Of a stretch of DNA of 64,000 nt, positions 13,501 to 28,500 are shown piece after piece (position 1 is the stretch's first letter; every line of letters begins with the position of its first letter). The stretch lies in contig CBFFRP010000616.1 of assembly GCA_965644295.1 (NCBI GenBank), forward strand, positions 124,001-188,000, in the 5' to 3' direction. The position numbers and the translations under genes were made by a program. The DNA comes from Paraphysomonas bandaiensis. Lineage: Eukaryota; Protista; Chrysophyceae. Below the pieces are notes generated by a model. It searched no databases, was not told the DNA's origin, and saw nothing but the letters and a program-made list of their open reading frames with translations.

Positions 13501-16500
13501 CAGGATATAGATCTGGTGCAGTGTTTCTGAAGAGTGGAAATAGTTTAACAGGAACATCTGGTGATGTTTTGGTATCAGCTGGCCGTAGTGTGTCCGATCA
13601 TGGGGCGACTGTATCTGTTGTTGGTGGTGACAGCGAGGGTGTTGCTGGTGCAGCCACTGTTGTTGGTGGCTCTGGTGCTACTGGTGGCGCGTTGAATCTT
13701 CATGGCGGCGTTGGAGTTTCAGGTGCTGGTGGATCGGTTGTCGTAGGAGCTGGAGTAGGCGCTGGAAGTGCTGCAGGTGGTTCTGTCTTGATCGAGGCTG
13801 GTAGTTCCACTGGTGAGGGAGATGGTGGTAGCATGTATATGTATGGTGGTGCAGGTTCCGTAGGAAGTGCTAGTGGTGGATCTGTTACAGTCGGTGGAGG
13901 TGAATCAATTGATGGCCTTGGTGGATCTACCTCAGTGACATCTGGGGCATCAAAGACTGGTTCTTCAGGTGGTATTAGTATTGCTTCCACATCAGGTCAG
14001 GTGGATACGGGAGTCGTTGTTATATCTAGTGGCTCCTCGGGTTCAGGAAATAGTGGCGAGTTGTCATTGCGAACTGGTGAATCTCCAAATGGATTTGCGG
14101 GAAATATTTTGTTGTCAGCAGGGACAAGCTCGTATGCCGCTGATCTTGGAAATGCTGGTGTAACGTTGTCTGCAGGAAGTGGGTTCACTGGTGGTGATGT
14201 GTCGGTTGAAGCTGGTGTAGGATTGGTCGGAACTGGTGGTGACTTATTGGCAACATCAGGGACGGCTGCTTCAGTAACTTCTTCGAGTGGAGCAGTTCAT
14301 ATCCGTTCTTCAACTTCTCCGTTTTCTACAGGCCCCATGATAATCTCTAGTGGGAATGGTGCCTCGACGGGTGCAGTAAATGTGCAGAGCGGAACTTCCT
14401 CAGATGGTTTAGCTGGTGATGTTTTGGTATCAGCTGGCCGTAGTGTGTCCGATCATGGGGCGACTGTATCTGTTGTTGGTGGTGACAGCGAGGGTGTTGC
14501 TGGTGCAGCCACTGTTGTTGGTGGCTCTGGTGCTACTGGTGGCGCGTTGAATCTTCATGGCGGCGTTGGAGTTTCAGGTGCTGGTGGATCGGTTGTCGTA
14601 GGAGCTGGAGTAGGCGCTGGAAGTGCTGCAGGTGGTTCTGTCTTGATCGAGGCTGGTAGTTCCACTGGTGAGGGAGATGGTGGTAGCATGTATATGTATG
14701 GTGGTGCAGGTTCCGTAGGAAGTGCTAGTGGTGGATCTGTTACAGTCGGTGGAGGTGAATCAATTGATGGCCTTGGTGGATCTACCTCAGTGACATCTGG
14801 GGCATCAAAGACTGGTTCTTCAGGTGGTATTAGTATTGCTTCCACATCAGGTCAGGTGGATACGGGAGTCGTTGTTATATCTAGTGGCTCCTCGGGTTCA
14901 GGAAATAGTGGCGAGTTGTCATTGCGAACTGGTGAATCTCCAAATGGATTTGCGGGAAATATTTTGTTGTCAGCAGGGACAAGCTCGTATGCCGCTGATC
15001 TTGGAAATGCTGGTGTAACGTTGTCTGCAGGAAGTGGGTTCACTGGTGGTGATGTGTCGGTTGAAGCTGGTGTAGGATTGGTCGGAACTGGTGGTGACTT
15101 ATTGGCAACATCAGGGACGGCTGCTTCAGTAACTTCTTCGAGTGGAGCAGTTCATATCCGTTCTTCAACTTCTCCGTTTTCTACAGGCCCCATGATAATC
15201 TCTAGTGGGAATGGTGCCTCGACGGGTGCAGTAAATGTGCAGAGCGGAACTTCCTCAGATGGTTTAGCTGGTGATGTTTTGGTATCAGCTGGCCGTAGTG
15301 TGTCCGATCATGGGGCGACTGTATCTGTTGTTGGTGGTGACAGCGAGGGTGTTGCTGGTGCAGCCACTGTTGTTGGTGGCTCTGGTGCTACTGGTGGCGC
15401 GTTGAATCTTCATGGCGGCGTTGGAGTTTCAGGTGCTGGTGGATCGGTTGTCGTAGGAGCTGGAGTAGGCGCTGGAAGTGCTGCAGGTGGTTCTGTCTTG
15501 ATCGAGGCTGGTAGTTCCACTGGTGAGGGAGATGGTGGTAGCATGTATATGTATGGTGGTGCAGGTTCCGTAGGAAGTGCTAGTGGTGGATCTGTTACAG
15601 TCGGTGGAGGTGAATCAATTGATGGCCTTGGTGGATCTACCTCAGTGACATCTGGGGCATCAAAGACTGGTTCTTCAGGGAATATTCTTGTTTCTTCAGT
15701 CGATGCTATTTCGAGTAGGAGTGGAGAAATCGATATTCGTTCTGGTTCGAGTGAATTATCGACAGCCGGCTCGTTAGTTTTTGGTGTAGGTGTTAGTGGG
15801 TCTGACGGAAATGGTACACCTGGTGGCGATATCAGAATGACAGCTGGCGATGGTTCTGAGGGCGGAGGAGCTGTTTTTGTAGCTGGTGTTGGTGTTTCAG
15901 GGAATGGTGGATCTGTTGTAGTTGATAGTGGAGATACTTTAGTTTCTTCGGCTGTTTCTGGAAGCGCCATTTTTCGAAGCTCGCGATCAATGTCGGCAAC
16001 TGGTAGTGTCACTCTTGAAAGTGGGTCATCGAGCTCAGCTAGTAGCGGCTCTTTGTTTATTCGTAGCGGTCATGGGCAGAGTTCATCGGGTGATATTTTA
16101 TTGTCGTCAGGATCATCTGATAATGCCCCTGGACATGTTATCGTGAGTGGTGGCAACGCTTTCTCTGCTTCTGGATCCGGTGGTTCAATTCAATTGCTGG
16201 GTGGTCATGGGGCAACTGGGGGAAGTATTGATATCAGCAGTGGAACCGGCAGCAGTGGTCGTGGTGGTCAAATTTATATTTCTACTGGCGACAATTCACA
16301 TGTTGATGGAAGTGAAATTTTCATTGGAACTGGAAAATCATTTGCTGGACGAGGTGGTGACATGTCATTGGAATCTGGTGGTGCCATTTCTTTAGAAGCT
16401 GGTCGTATCAATTCTGAACATGGTGGTAGTATAAGTCTCACAACAGGGACAGTTTCGTCTGGCCAGTCCGGACAATTAAATCTAAGAACTTCGTCAGCTT

Positions 16501-19500
16501 TGAATTCGGGTGATGTACAAATATCCTCTGGTGAGTCATCAGGCTCAGCGGGTAGTGTTGTGTTTATTGCCGGAAACAGCTTGAATGAAATTGGCGGGCA
16601 TTTTGATGTGCGTGCTGGGAATGGTGAAGTTGGTGGCAAAATTGATCTTGTTGCTGGGTTCGGAAATAGTGTAGGTGGTGAAATTTTTGTTTCCAGCGGA
16701 GTATCTTCAGCAGCCATGAGTGGAGATATCAGTTTAGAATCAGCTGCGTCTTTGTCATCAGGAAGTGTACATATTCGTACTGGAAGTGGAGAGGTTAGTA
16801 CTGGAGGTTTGACCTTTGTATCTGGGCATGCTTTTGACTCTGCTGGTGTGGTGACGATTGGAGCTGGAGAATCAAGTCGGGCTGGAGCTGATGTTTCTGT
16901 GTTAGCAGGCGCTTCTCGCAACGACGTTGGCGGGAAATTATCGATGGCGGGCGGATCTGGAAGTCGTGGTGGTGATATTGTAATGCGTAGTGGTGATGGT
17001 CATTTTGGTCGGAGCGGCGATGCAGTTGTCATGTCTGGCGATGGCGAGAAGACGGGCGGTTCTGTTTCGTTGATGGCTGGCTCTACTCATGGCATAGGGG
17101 AGGGGGGGTCTGTAGTGCTAGCCGCTGGTACTGCTTCCGATGTCGATGGTGGAGTAGTAAGTATAACGGGTGGAATGTCCTCGTCACGTCGTGGTGGTGA
17201 CATTTCTTTATTGAGTGGTGTTGGGGATCAGTCTGGTTCAGTTTCGATTGCAAGCGATAAGTCATATACCACTTCTGGAGATGTCTTGTTCCGAACTGGA
17301 GACTCATCTTCTAAATCTGGTGAGATTAAGATGATAGTCGGGCATGCTAAGGATAGTGGTTCGGTTGGTGGCGACATATCACTCTACGCGGGTACAGGCG
17401 AATCTGCTGGAGAAGTGTCGGTTGCGGCGGGTTCTGGTGTTGTAAGCGGTGGATCTGTGCTATTATACTCAGGATCGTCACCCTATTCATCAGGTTCAGT
17501 TACCCTGTCGTCGGCATCGAGTGAAAAGGGTAACAGTGGTAGTGCTACACTACGTACTGGATCTGCGTCTACAGGTAGTTCTGGTTCGGTGTCGATATCA
17601 ACTGGTGATGTTACTAATGGATCTGTGGGTGTTGTGGGTTTGCATGGTGGTTCGAGCGTATCTCACCTGGGTGGTGACGTGTCCATGCGTGGTGGTGTTT
17701 CGTCTGCTTCCGGTGGTGGGCATGTATCTATCAGTGGTGGTTCGGGTGCTGAAGGTGGTGAGGTTGTCATTTTAAGTGGAGCTGGTTCTGTCGGGAAATC
17801 TGGTGCCATAAATATTGGTGTGAGTGACAGCTCTGGGTCACATGCTGGCGGATCCGTAAATATATTTGGTGGTAAATCTCTTGCGGGAGGTTCTGGTGGG
17901 GATGTTAGAGTGGTTGCTGGAGAAGGTTCCGTATCATCTGCCTCTGGGGGGGTAGCTGAACTCCGAGGTGGCTCATCATCAGTTCATGGTGGATCGGTTG
18001 TAGTACACAGTGGCTCTGGCAGTGATATGTCCAGTGGTAGTGCGTCAGTATCCTCAGCAGCCTCTCACACAAGTGGGGCAGTTGATTTATCCTCAGGACC
18101 TAGTGTATCTGCGTCTGGAACAGTAACGGTGTCATCGGGAAATTCCATGGGAATGGCCGGTGATATTAGAGTAGCTGGCGGGCAGGGGCTTCGTAGTGGT
18201 AGTAACATTGGTATTAATGCAGGTGATGGGTCTGATGGTGGTGATGTGACTGTTAGTGGTGGGTCGGGAACCGATGGTTCTGGTGGGTCTGCCTTGATTT
18301 CTTCCGGTTTGAGCTCATCACTTTCCGGAACAAGTGGTATATCGACACTAGAAACAGCTGGGGGTGTCAGTGCAAGTGGCAATATCGCGATATCTAGTGG
18401 CTCATCAACACAGTCTTCGTCTGGATCGATATCTATCAATACCGGAGACAGCGTAACTGCAGAAGCGGGAAATATCTTTATTCGTAGCGGATCTGGTGAG
18501 TCAGTGGACGGTGCGGGTGTGATAATTTCTGGCGGAAGTACTTCATCTGCCAGTGGTAAAGGCGGTTCACTAAGTTTATCTGCTGGTTTCGGTGTTCATG
18601 GTGGAGATGTCACTATTGCGAGCGGTGAAGGCATGGAACGGTCGTCAGGGTCGGTTACAATCAAGGCATCGCCAGGTAGTGGAGTGTCGGAAGGTGGATC
18701 TGTTGTTATTGAAGGCGGAAATTCTCGTGATGGAGGCAGTGGTGGTGATGTAGACATCAGTGGTGGCTCGGCACCACTCGGACAATCTGATGGTGGTGCT
18801 CTTAGTATAACTGGAGGACATTCTTACGGAAATGTTGGTGGTGGAACGTTTGTATCCAGTGGTGAAGGCGTCAATGGTCAGAGTGGTGTTTTGTCGTTAA
18901 CTTCGGGTTCAGTTTCACGGCGCACTGGTGATGTTTATGTTTCTTCTGGTGATTCTAGTTTTGAGCAATCTGGTGATGTGGTTTTGACCACTGGTAGTTC
19001 TGACGTTGCAGGTGGTATTAGGTTAGTAGTTGGGGAAAGCAGTGGTTCAGATGCTGCTGGTGGTGATTTGACGATGGCATCTGGTGATGGTAGCACTGGT
19101 GGAGAAATTACTGTATCAGGTGGTGGTGCTCGTGAGGGAGCTGGTGGAATGATTTCCTTAGTTAGTGGTGGGTCGAAGGGAGTATCATCTCCCAGTGGTG
19201 ATGTTGTTGTTGCGTCGTCAGATGATGCGGCGAGATCGGGATCAGTGAGAATTGGAACGGGTAATGTGCCTTCGGCATCTGGAGATATTGCAATTACCAG
19301 TGGAAATAGCTTAAAGGAATCAGCTGGTAAAATTATGCTTGAATCTGGCAGTTCACCAGATATTGGTGGTGACGTTGCGATAGCAGGGGGTCATGCGCAG
19401 GTGGCAGGAATAGGTGGATCGCTGGCTTTATCCAGTGGCTCTGGTGGTGCTGGTGGCAGTCTCGATGTAGTTGGCGGATTGGGGCTGTCTGGTGAAGGTG

Positions 19501-22500
19501 GCGCTATTCGCATTCAATCTGGTGAATCCACGAAAGGACCAGGTGGAAATGTAGTAGTAGCAGGCGGAACTTCTACGTCAGGAGATGGTGGAAATACTAA
19601 TGTTTATGCTGGATCTGCCTCCTCAGGTAAAGGTGGTAGTGTACGCATAATGAGTGGTAGGAGTGACACCAAGTCCAGTGGCGTTGTAGAGGTGATGTCA
19701 TCTCCATCTGTAATAGATTCTGGTGATGTAGCGGTTGCAAGCGGAACATCAGTTAGTGGTACGTCTGGGTCAACCTTGATATCGTCTGGTTCGTCACAGT
19801 CTCGTGTGGGTAGTGTTGTCTTGCATGGAGGATCATCGATTGGGAACTTCGCTGGTGGCGATGTGATTACCTTGGCTGGTGATGGTTCTTCTGGTGGCAG
19901 TGTTTCTATATCGGCAGGCGCTGGCAGACAGGACGATGGCGGCTTTGTATCTATGGCTTCAGGGCCCAGTGCTTCTCTTGCTACCTCCAGTGGTGATGTG
20001 AATGTTGCGTCTTCAGCTGGTGCTGGGGAAAGTGGTAATGTGGCAATTAGAACGGGGTCGTCTTCGTCTTCTAGCAGTGGAAGCCTATCCATTAGTAGTG
20101 GTGACAGCGAGTCTTCACTTGCAGGATCTATTTCTGTGATAGCGGGAGAATCAAGTGGCTTAACTGGTGCTGATGTTGTTGTTTCAGCTGGGTCCAGCAC
20201 ATCGATCGACAGCACTGGTGGATCTCTGAAATTACTATCCGGCGAGGGTGCTAATGGCGGTGATATTTCCATACAAAGTGGTGTCGGGGCTTCTGGCCAT
20301 TCAGGATCTGTTAATATTGCCGCCTCAGCGGGTAGTGGTTCAACCAATGGTGGAAACATTAATGTCGGTGCGGGTAATTCTGAGTTTGGCACAAGTGGTA
20401 GATTGCAGTTATCAACTGGCTCATCAAGAGATGGAGAAGTCGGAGAATTCATGGTGAGTGCAGGTACCTCAGCGACGGGCACGGGCGGTAGTGTAAAGAT
20501 TTTTACTGGAGAGAGCGTTGTAACCACAAGCGGTGCACTGGAATTATCGTCGGGTCCTGGATCCGCAGACCAGAATTCTGGTGAAGTGCAGTTGTCCACG
20601 GGCATTACATCTGCTGGACGGAGTGGACCTTTGCTGTTGCGAACTGGTTCATCAAGCACTGGAACCTCTGGCGATGTAATGATTACTGTTGGTGATGGTA
20701 TGGCTAGTGGGGGAGATGTTGCTTTGTCAGCTGGTGGAGGTAACAGTGGTGGCAATGTGTCACTTCGTGGTGGAAGGTCAAATGCTGCAAGCGGTGGTGA
20801 CATGGCACTTTTTAGTGGCGATAGCATTGCTCCTGGCCAAAGTAGTGGTCAGGCTGTGTTTGGTTCTGCATCTTCGCACGTATCTAGTGGTTCGATTGTT
20901 GTCTCCTCTGGTTCATCTAGCTCCGGTTCTAGTGGTTCTGTATTCATTGGTAGTGGTGACAGTGCGGCATCCATGGCTGGTGGCGTTACATTATCTGCGG
21001 GTGCTGGTGTATCCGATATTGGTGCCAGTGTTTCTGTTCATGCTGGTGACTCGATGGCCCAGTCTAGTGTAGGAGGCGAGTTGTCACTATTAAGTGGTTC
21101 TGGTTCTTCTGGTGGCGATGTGATGATTGAAAGTGGCAAAGGTTCACTATCTAAGGGTGGATCTATTGCTATCAATGCTGGTAAGTCTGACGATGGCACT
21201 GGAGGGTCGATTGAAGTTGGTAGTGGTAGCTCTGATGGTGGCCTCGGTGGTTTGTTGTCGTTAACTGGGGGCGACTCATTTGCATCTATTGGTGGCGATG
21301 TTTTATTATCTTCCGGAGATTCCATGAACGATGTGAGTGGATCGGTTCGTTTAGTAAGTGGCAAATCTTTGAACGGCCTTACAAGTGGTGGTGTCACCCT
21401 CGGAACCAGTGGATCCATAATGGGAGCTACAGGTGACTTGATGCTTTCCACTGGTGGACTTAGCTCCGGAACATCTGGTAGTGTATCTGTAGAGACTGGT
21501 GGCGGTGGTGATGTTGGTGGCGACATATCTATGTCTGCAGGCGATGCCATTGAAGGTGGCAGTGTACAAGTACGTGGTGGCGCTGCATCTACTGGTGAGT
21601 CAGGTATATTGACCCTTGTCAGTGGGGCTTCATCATCAACAGGGGGCGTGAGTGGATCGGTGGATATATCATCTGGATCGAGCAAAGGTTCAAGTGGGTC
21701 AGTGCGTATTCGCAGTGGTGAATCTGAGTTGCACAGTGGCTCTGTTATTTTGGCCACTTCAGATAGCTCTTTGGGTTCGGCTGGATCTATTTCGTTAAAT
21801 ACTGGTGAAAGTTCATCCGTAGTGGGTGCGGGTATATCTGTTCATGCCGGTGGATCATCTCTCGCCGAAGGGGTTGGTGGTGGTGTGTCGCTTCTTGGTG
21901 GTGAAGCTTCCCATGGTGGTGATATTATCCTCCGTTCTGGTGTCGGTGTTATCGGTCGCAGTGGATCCGTGGACATTTCTGTTGGTGAGAGTGCTGGAAT
22001 GTCGGAAAGTGGGGCTGTGTCGATACGAGGTGGTGAATCTATGGGAGGTGGTCTTGGAGGCGAGGTGCTAGTTGAGGCTGGGTCTTCTACGATAGGTTCA
22101 GGCAGTGGTGGGTCGCTGGTACTTCGTGGTGGGGCATCTAGTGATGGTGTGGGTGGTGGCGTTGCGATTTCCAGTGGTACGAGTGCCTCTGGTGCTAGTG
22201 GTTCTGTGACAGTTTCGAGTTCTACAGGGGACGTTTCTAGCGGCTCTGTGTTCGTCAGTAGTGGTGACTCGTTTAAATCTTCAGCTGGTGATATCGTTCT
22301 CTCTGCTGGATCTAGCCATGTAGATAGCAAAGGTGGCGCTATCCGTGTGGAGTCTGGAGCTGGATCTGAAGGTTCTGATGTTTTAATAGCTGCTGGTCTA
22401 GGAACGTCATTGGACGGAGGATCTGTCATTGTTACTAGTGGTGGAAGTAGTTCAAAGAGTGGTGGTGTGGTTCTAACATCACTCGGTGGTAGTGGTGCAA

Positions 22501-25500
22501 GTGGTTCGATTGAGATTGGAAGTGGATCCTCTGCTTTAGAATCTGGCACTATTTCTTTATCCAGTGGTTCTAGTGAATCCGGATCTGCGGGTGATATTTC
22601 TTTGGCAGGCGGCTCGGGATATTCAGTCTACGGGTCATCGATTGCTGTCCAAGGCGGAGATAGCTTACATTCCACTGGAACTGGAGGTGTGCTCTCATTG
22701 TCGGCAGGATCTGGCAATATTGGAGGTGATATTAGTGTTAAGGGCGGAAGTGGTTTGACAGACCGTGCCGGCTCTGTTACCATCGCATCTGGTTGGTCAG
22801 CATCCGGGAGTGGCGATGTAGTTATGGAAGGTGGATCCACTGATTTGGGCCGTGGTGGTGACATTGCTATTAAGGCAGGGTCATCCAGCAAGGACAAGGG
22901 TGGTGATCTATCCATTTTGAGCGGTGAGAGCTCGTCTTCATCTAGTGGATCTTTACTTCTGGCTTCGGCATCTACTGCCGCTTCAAGTGGTGACATTTCG
23001 CTGATAACTGGTACATCGAGCGCGGGGTCATCTGGTTCTATCTTTATATCAAGTAGTTCTGGTGTCACAGGCGTTGGCGGTATCACACTGTCAGTGGGTA
23101 CTGCTTCTGATGGTAGCGGTAGTGATATGTTTTCCACGGCAGGTAGTGGTCATATTGTTGGTGGCGACGTCTCGGTGTTAGCTGGGTCTGGGGAGTCTGG
23201 GCGCGGAGGTAGTATCAGCATGACAAGTGGTAGTAGTGCTTCAAGCGAATCTACTGGAGGTTTGGTCAGGGTAGAATCGGCTAGCAGTAGTGGCTATAGT
23301 GGTGATGTCTCGCTCACAAGTGGATCATCTGGTGCATCATCGGGTAAAGTAGTGTTATCCAGTGGAAGCGGTGAAACATCTGGAAGTGTGTCGGTATTAT
23401 CAGGGGTTAGCACATCTGGTCCAGGATCTATGGTGGTTGTTCGAGCTGGGGAGTCTACAGAGAACCGCGGTGGTGACTTGTTGCTTAATAGTGGCGCAGG
23501 TGCTGTGGGGGGATCCATTATTGTCGGTTCAGGATTAAGTAGCAACGGTCCAGGTGGCGATGTATCGATTTCAAGCGGTGATGGCTCTGGTGTTTCTGCA
23601 GGAGGAAATGTACTAATTGAATCTGGCTCCTCTCATAGTGGTGATTTTGGTGGTTCACTAGAGGTAATTGGTGGTTCTGCTCCTGTTGGAGTCGGCGGCT
23701 CTATTTCAGTGTTATCAGGTTCATCTGTAGATGGTGAGAGCGGTTCGGCAATTCTGAGCAGTGGTTCTAGTAGCACAGGGACCAGTGGAAGTGTGAGAGT
23801 ATCGTCGTCAGTTGCAGCTGGCAGTGGTGCTGTCGAGATATCAAGTGGTGAATCATTGCTTGGTAGTGCAGGTGATGTTTTGTTGTCTGTCGGAGTTAGT
23901 ACCAGTGGTGATGGTGGATCGCTTGTTGCCACTGCTGGTTCAGGAGAACGTGGTGGAAGTGCTGTTATTACTGGTGGTGAGGGAGAGTCAATTGGTGGGG
24001 ATACTCACATCACAAGTGGTTTAGGCGTTCTTAGTGGTGGTAGCCTATTTTTTTCGACTTCTGAAGCCAACCTTGGCTCAAGTGGTAGTGCTACACTACG
24101 TACTGGATCTGCGTCTACAGGTAGTTCTGGTTCGGTGTCGATATCAACTGGTGATGTTACTGATGGATCTGTGGGTGTTGTGGGTTTGCATGGTGGTTCG
24201 AGCGTATCTCACCTGGGTGGTGACGTGTCCATGCGTGGTGGTGTTTCGTCTGCTTCCGGTGGTGGGCATGTATCTATCAGTGGTGGTTCGGGTGCTGAAG
24301 GTGGTGAGGTTGTCATTTTAAGTGGAGCTGGTTCTGTCGGGAAATCTGGTGCCATAAATATTGGTGTGAGTGACAGCTCTGGGTCACATGCTGGCGGATC
24401 CGTAAATATATTTGGTGGTAAATCTCTTGCGGGAGGTTCTGGTGGGGATGTTAGAGTGGTTGCTGGAGAAGGTTCCGTATCATCTGCCTCTGGGGGGGTA
24501 GCTGAACTCCGAGGTGGCTCATCATCAGTTCATGGTGGATCGGTTGTAGTACACAGTGGCTCTGGCAGTGATATGTCCAGTGGTAGTGCGTCAGTATCCT
24601 CAGCAGCCTCTCACACAAGTGGGGCAGTTGATTTATCCTCAGGACCTAGTGTATCTGCGTCTGGAACAGTAACGGTGTCATCGGGAAATTCCATGGGAAT
24701 GGCCGGTGATATTAGAGTAGCTGGCGGGCAGGGGCTTCGTAGTGGTAGTAACATTGGTATTAATGCAGGTGATGGGTCTGATGGTGGTGATGTGACTGTT
24801 AGTGGTGGGTCGGGAACCGATGGTTCTGGTGGGTCTGCCTTGATTTCTTCCGGTTTGAGCTCATCACTTTCCGGAACAAGTGGTATATCGACACTAGAAA
24901 CAGCTGGGGGTGTCAGTGCAAGTGGCAATATCGCGATATCTAGTGGCTCATCAACACAGTCTTCGTCTGGATCGATATCTATCAATACCGGAGACAGCGT
25001 AACTGCAGAAGCGGGAAATATCTTTATTCGTAGCGGATCTGGTGAGTCAGTGGACGGTGCGGGTGTGATAATTTCTGGCGGAAGTACTTCATCTGCCAGT
25101 GGTAAAGGCGGTTCACTAAGTTTATCTGCTGGTTTCGGTGTTCATGGTGGAGATGTCACTATTGCGAGCGGTGAAGGCATGGAACGGTCGTCAGGGTCGG
25201 TTACAATCAAGGCATCGCCAGGTAGTGGAGTGTCGGAAGGTGGATCTGTTGTTATTGAAGGCGGAAATTCTCGTGATGGAGGCAGTGGTGGTGATGTAGA
25301 CATCAGTGGTGGCTCGGCACCACTCGGACAATCTGATGGTGGTGCTCTTAGTATAACTGGAGGACATTCTTACGGAAATGTTGGTGGTGGAACGTTTGTA
25401 TCCAGTGGTGAAGGCGTCAATGGTCAGAGTGGTGTTTTGTCGTTAACTTCGGGTTCAGTTTCACGGCGCACTGGTGATGTTTATGTTTCTTCTGGTGATT

Positions 25501-28500
25501 CTAGTTTTGAGCAATCTGGTGATGTGGTTTTGACCACTGGTAGTTCTGACGTTGCAGGTGGTATTAGGTTAGTAGTTGGGGAAAGCAGTGGTTCAGATGC
25601 TGCTGGTGGTGATTTGACGATGGCATCTGGTGATGGTAGCACTGGTGGAGAAATTACTGTATCAGGTGGTGGTGCTCGTGAGGGAGCTGGTGGAATGATT
25701 TCCTTAGTTAGTGGTGGGTCGAAGGGAGTATCATCTCCCAGTGGTGATGTTGTTGTTGCGTCGTCAGATGATGCGGCGAGATCGGGATCAGTGAGAATTG
25801 GAACGGGTAATGTGCCTTCGGCATCTGGAGATATTGCAATTACCAGTGGAAATAGCTTAAAGGAATCAGCTGGTAAAATTATGCTTGAATCTGGCAGTTC
25901 ACCAGATATTGGTGGTGACGTTGCGATAGCAGGGGGTCATGCGCAGGTGGCAGGAATAGGTGGATCGCTGGCTTTATCCAGTGGCTCTGGTGGTGCTGGT
26001 GGCAGTCTCGATGTAGTTGGCGGATTGGGGCTGTCTGGTGAAGGTGGCGCTATTCGCATTCAATCTGGTGAATCCACGAAAGGACCAGGTGGAAATGTAG
26101 TAGTAGCAGGCGGAACTTCTACGTCAGGAGATGGTGGAAATACTAATGTTTATGCTGGATCTGCCTCCTCAGGTAAAGGTGGTAGTGTACGCATAATGAG
26201 TGGTAGGAGTGACACCAAGTCCAGTGGCGTTGTAGAGGTGATGTCATCTCCATCTGTAATAGATTCTGGTGATGTAGCGGTTGCAAGCGGAACATCAGTT
26301 AGTGGTACGTCTGGGTCAACCTTGATATCGTCTGGTTCGTCACAGTCTCGTGTGGGTAGTGTTGTCTTGCATGGAGGATCATCGATTGGGAACTTCGCTG
26401 GTGGCGATGTGATTACCTTGGCTGGTGATGGTTCTTCTGGTGGCAGTGTTTCTATATCGGCAGGCGCTGGCAGACAGGACGATGGCGGCTTTGTATCTAT
26501 GGCTTCAGGGCCCAGTGCTTCTCTTGCTACCTCCAGTGGTGATGTGAATGTTGCGTCTTCAGCTGGTGCTGGGGAAAGTGGTAATGTGGCAATTAGAACG
26601 GGGTCGTCTTCGTCTTCTAGCAGTGGAAGCCTATCCATTAGTAGTGGTGACAGCGAGTCTTCACTTGCAGGATCTATTTCTGTGATAGCGGGAGAATCAA
26701 GTGGCTTAACTGGTGCTGATGTTGTTGTTTCAGCTGGGTCCAGCACATCGATTGACAGCACTGGTGGATCTCTGAAATTACTATCCGGCGAGGGTGCTAA
26801 TGGCGGTGATATTTCCATACAAAGTGGTGTCGGGGCTTCTGGCCATTCAGGATCTGTTAATATTGCCGCCTCAGCGGGTAGTGGTTCAACCAATGGTGGA
26901 AACATTAATGTCGGTGCGGGTAATTCTGAGTTTGGCACAAGTGGTAGATTGCAGTTATCAACTGGCTCATCAAGAGATGGAGAAGTCGGAGAATTCATGG
27001 TGAGTGCAGGTACCTCAGCGACGGGCACGGGCGGTAGTGTAAAGATTTTTACTGGAGAGAGCGTTGTAACCACAAGCGGTGCACTGGAATTATCGTCGGG
27101 TCCTGGATCCGCAGACCAGAATTCTGGTGAAGTGCAGTTGTCCACGGGCATTACATCTGCTGGACGGAGTGGACCTTTGCTGTTGCGAACTGGTTCATCA
27201 AGCACTGGAACCTCTGGCGATGTAATGATTACTGTTGGTGATGGTATGGCTAGTGGGGGAGATGTTGCTTTGTCAGCTGGTGGAGGTAACAGTGGTGGCA
27301 ATGTGTCACTTCGTGGTGGAAGGTCAAATGCTGCAAGCGGTGGTGACATGACACTTTTTAGTGGCGATAGCATTGCTCCTGGCCAAAGTAGTGGTCAGGC
27401 TGTGTTTGGTTCTGCATCTTCGCACGTATCTAGTGGTTCGATTGTTGTCTCCTCTGGTTCATCTAGCTCCGGTTCTAGTGGTTCTGTATTCATTGGTAGT
27501 GGTGACAGTGCGGCATCCATGGCTGGTGGCGTTACATTATCTGCGGGTGCTGGTGTATCCGATATTGGTGCCAGTGTTTCTGTTCATGCTGGTGACTCGA
27601 TGGCCCAGTCTAGTGTAGGAGGCGAGTTGTCACTATTAAGTGGTTCTGGTTCTTCTGGTGGCGATGTGATGATTGAAAGTGGCAAAGGTTCACTATCTAA
27701 GGGTGGATCTATTGCTATCAATGCTGGTAAGTCTGACGATGGCACTGGAGGGTCGATTGAAGTTGGTAGTGGTAGCTCTGATGGTGGCCTCGGTGGTTTG
27801 TTGTCGTTAACTGGGGGCGACTCATTTGCATCTATTGGTGGCGATGTTTTATTATCTTCCGGAGATTCCATGAACGATGTGAGTGGATCGGTTCGTTTAG
27901 TAAGTGGCAAATCTTTGAACGGCCTTACAAGTGGTGGTGTCACCCTCGGAACCAGTGGATCCATAATGGGAGCTACAGGTGACTTGATGCTTTCCACTGG
28001 TGGACTTAGCTCCGGAACATCTGGTAGTGTATCTGTAGAGACTGGTGGCGGTGGTGATGTTGGTGGCGACATATCTATGTCTGCAGGCGATGCCATTGAA
28101 GGTGGCAGTGTACAAGTACGTGGTGGCGCTGCATCTACTGGTGAGTCAGGTATATTGACCCTTGTCAGTGGGGCTTCATCGTCAACAGGGGGCGTGAGTG
28201 GATCGGTGGATATATCATCTGGATCGAGCAAAGGTTCAAGTGGGTCAGTGCGTATTCGCAGTGGTGAATCTGAGTTGCACAGTGGCTCTGTTATTTTGGC
28301 CACTTCAGATAGCTCTTTGGGTTCGGCTGGATCTATTTCGTTAAATACTGGTGAAAGTTCATCCGTAGTGGGTGCGGGTATATCTGTTCATGCCGGTGGA
28401 TCATCTCTCGCCGAAGGGGTTGGTGGTGGTGTGTCGCTTCTTGGTGGTGAAGCTTCCCATGGTGGTGATATTATCCTCCGTTCTGGTGTCGGTGTTATCG

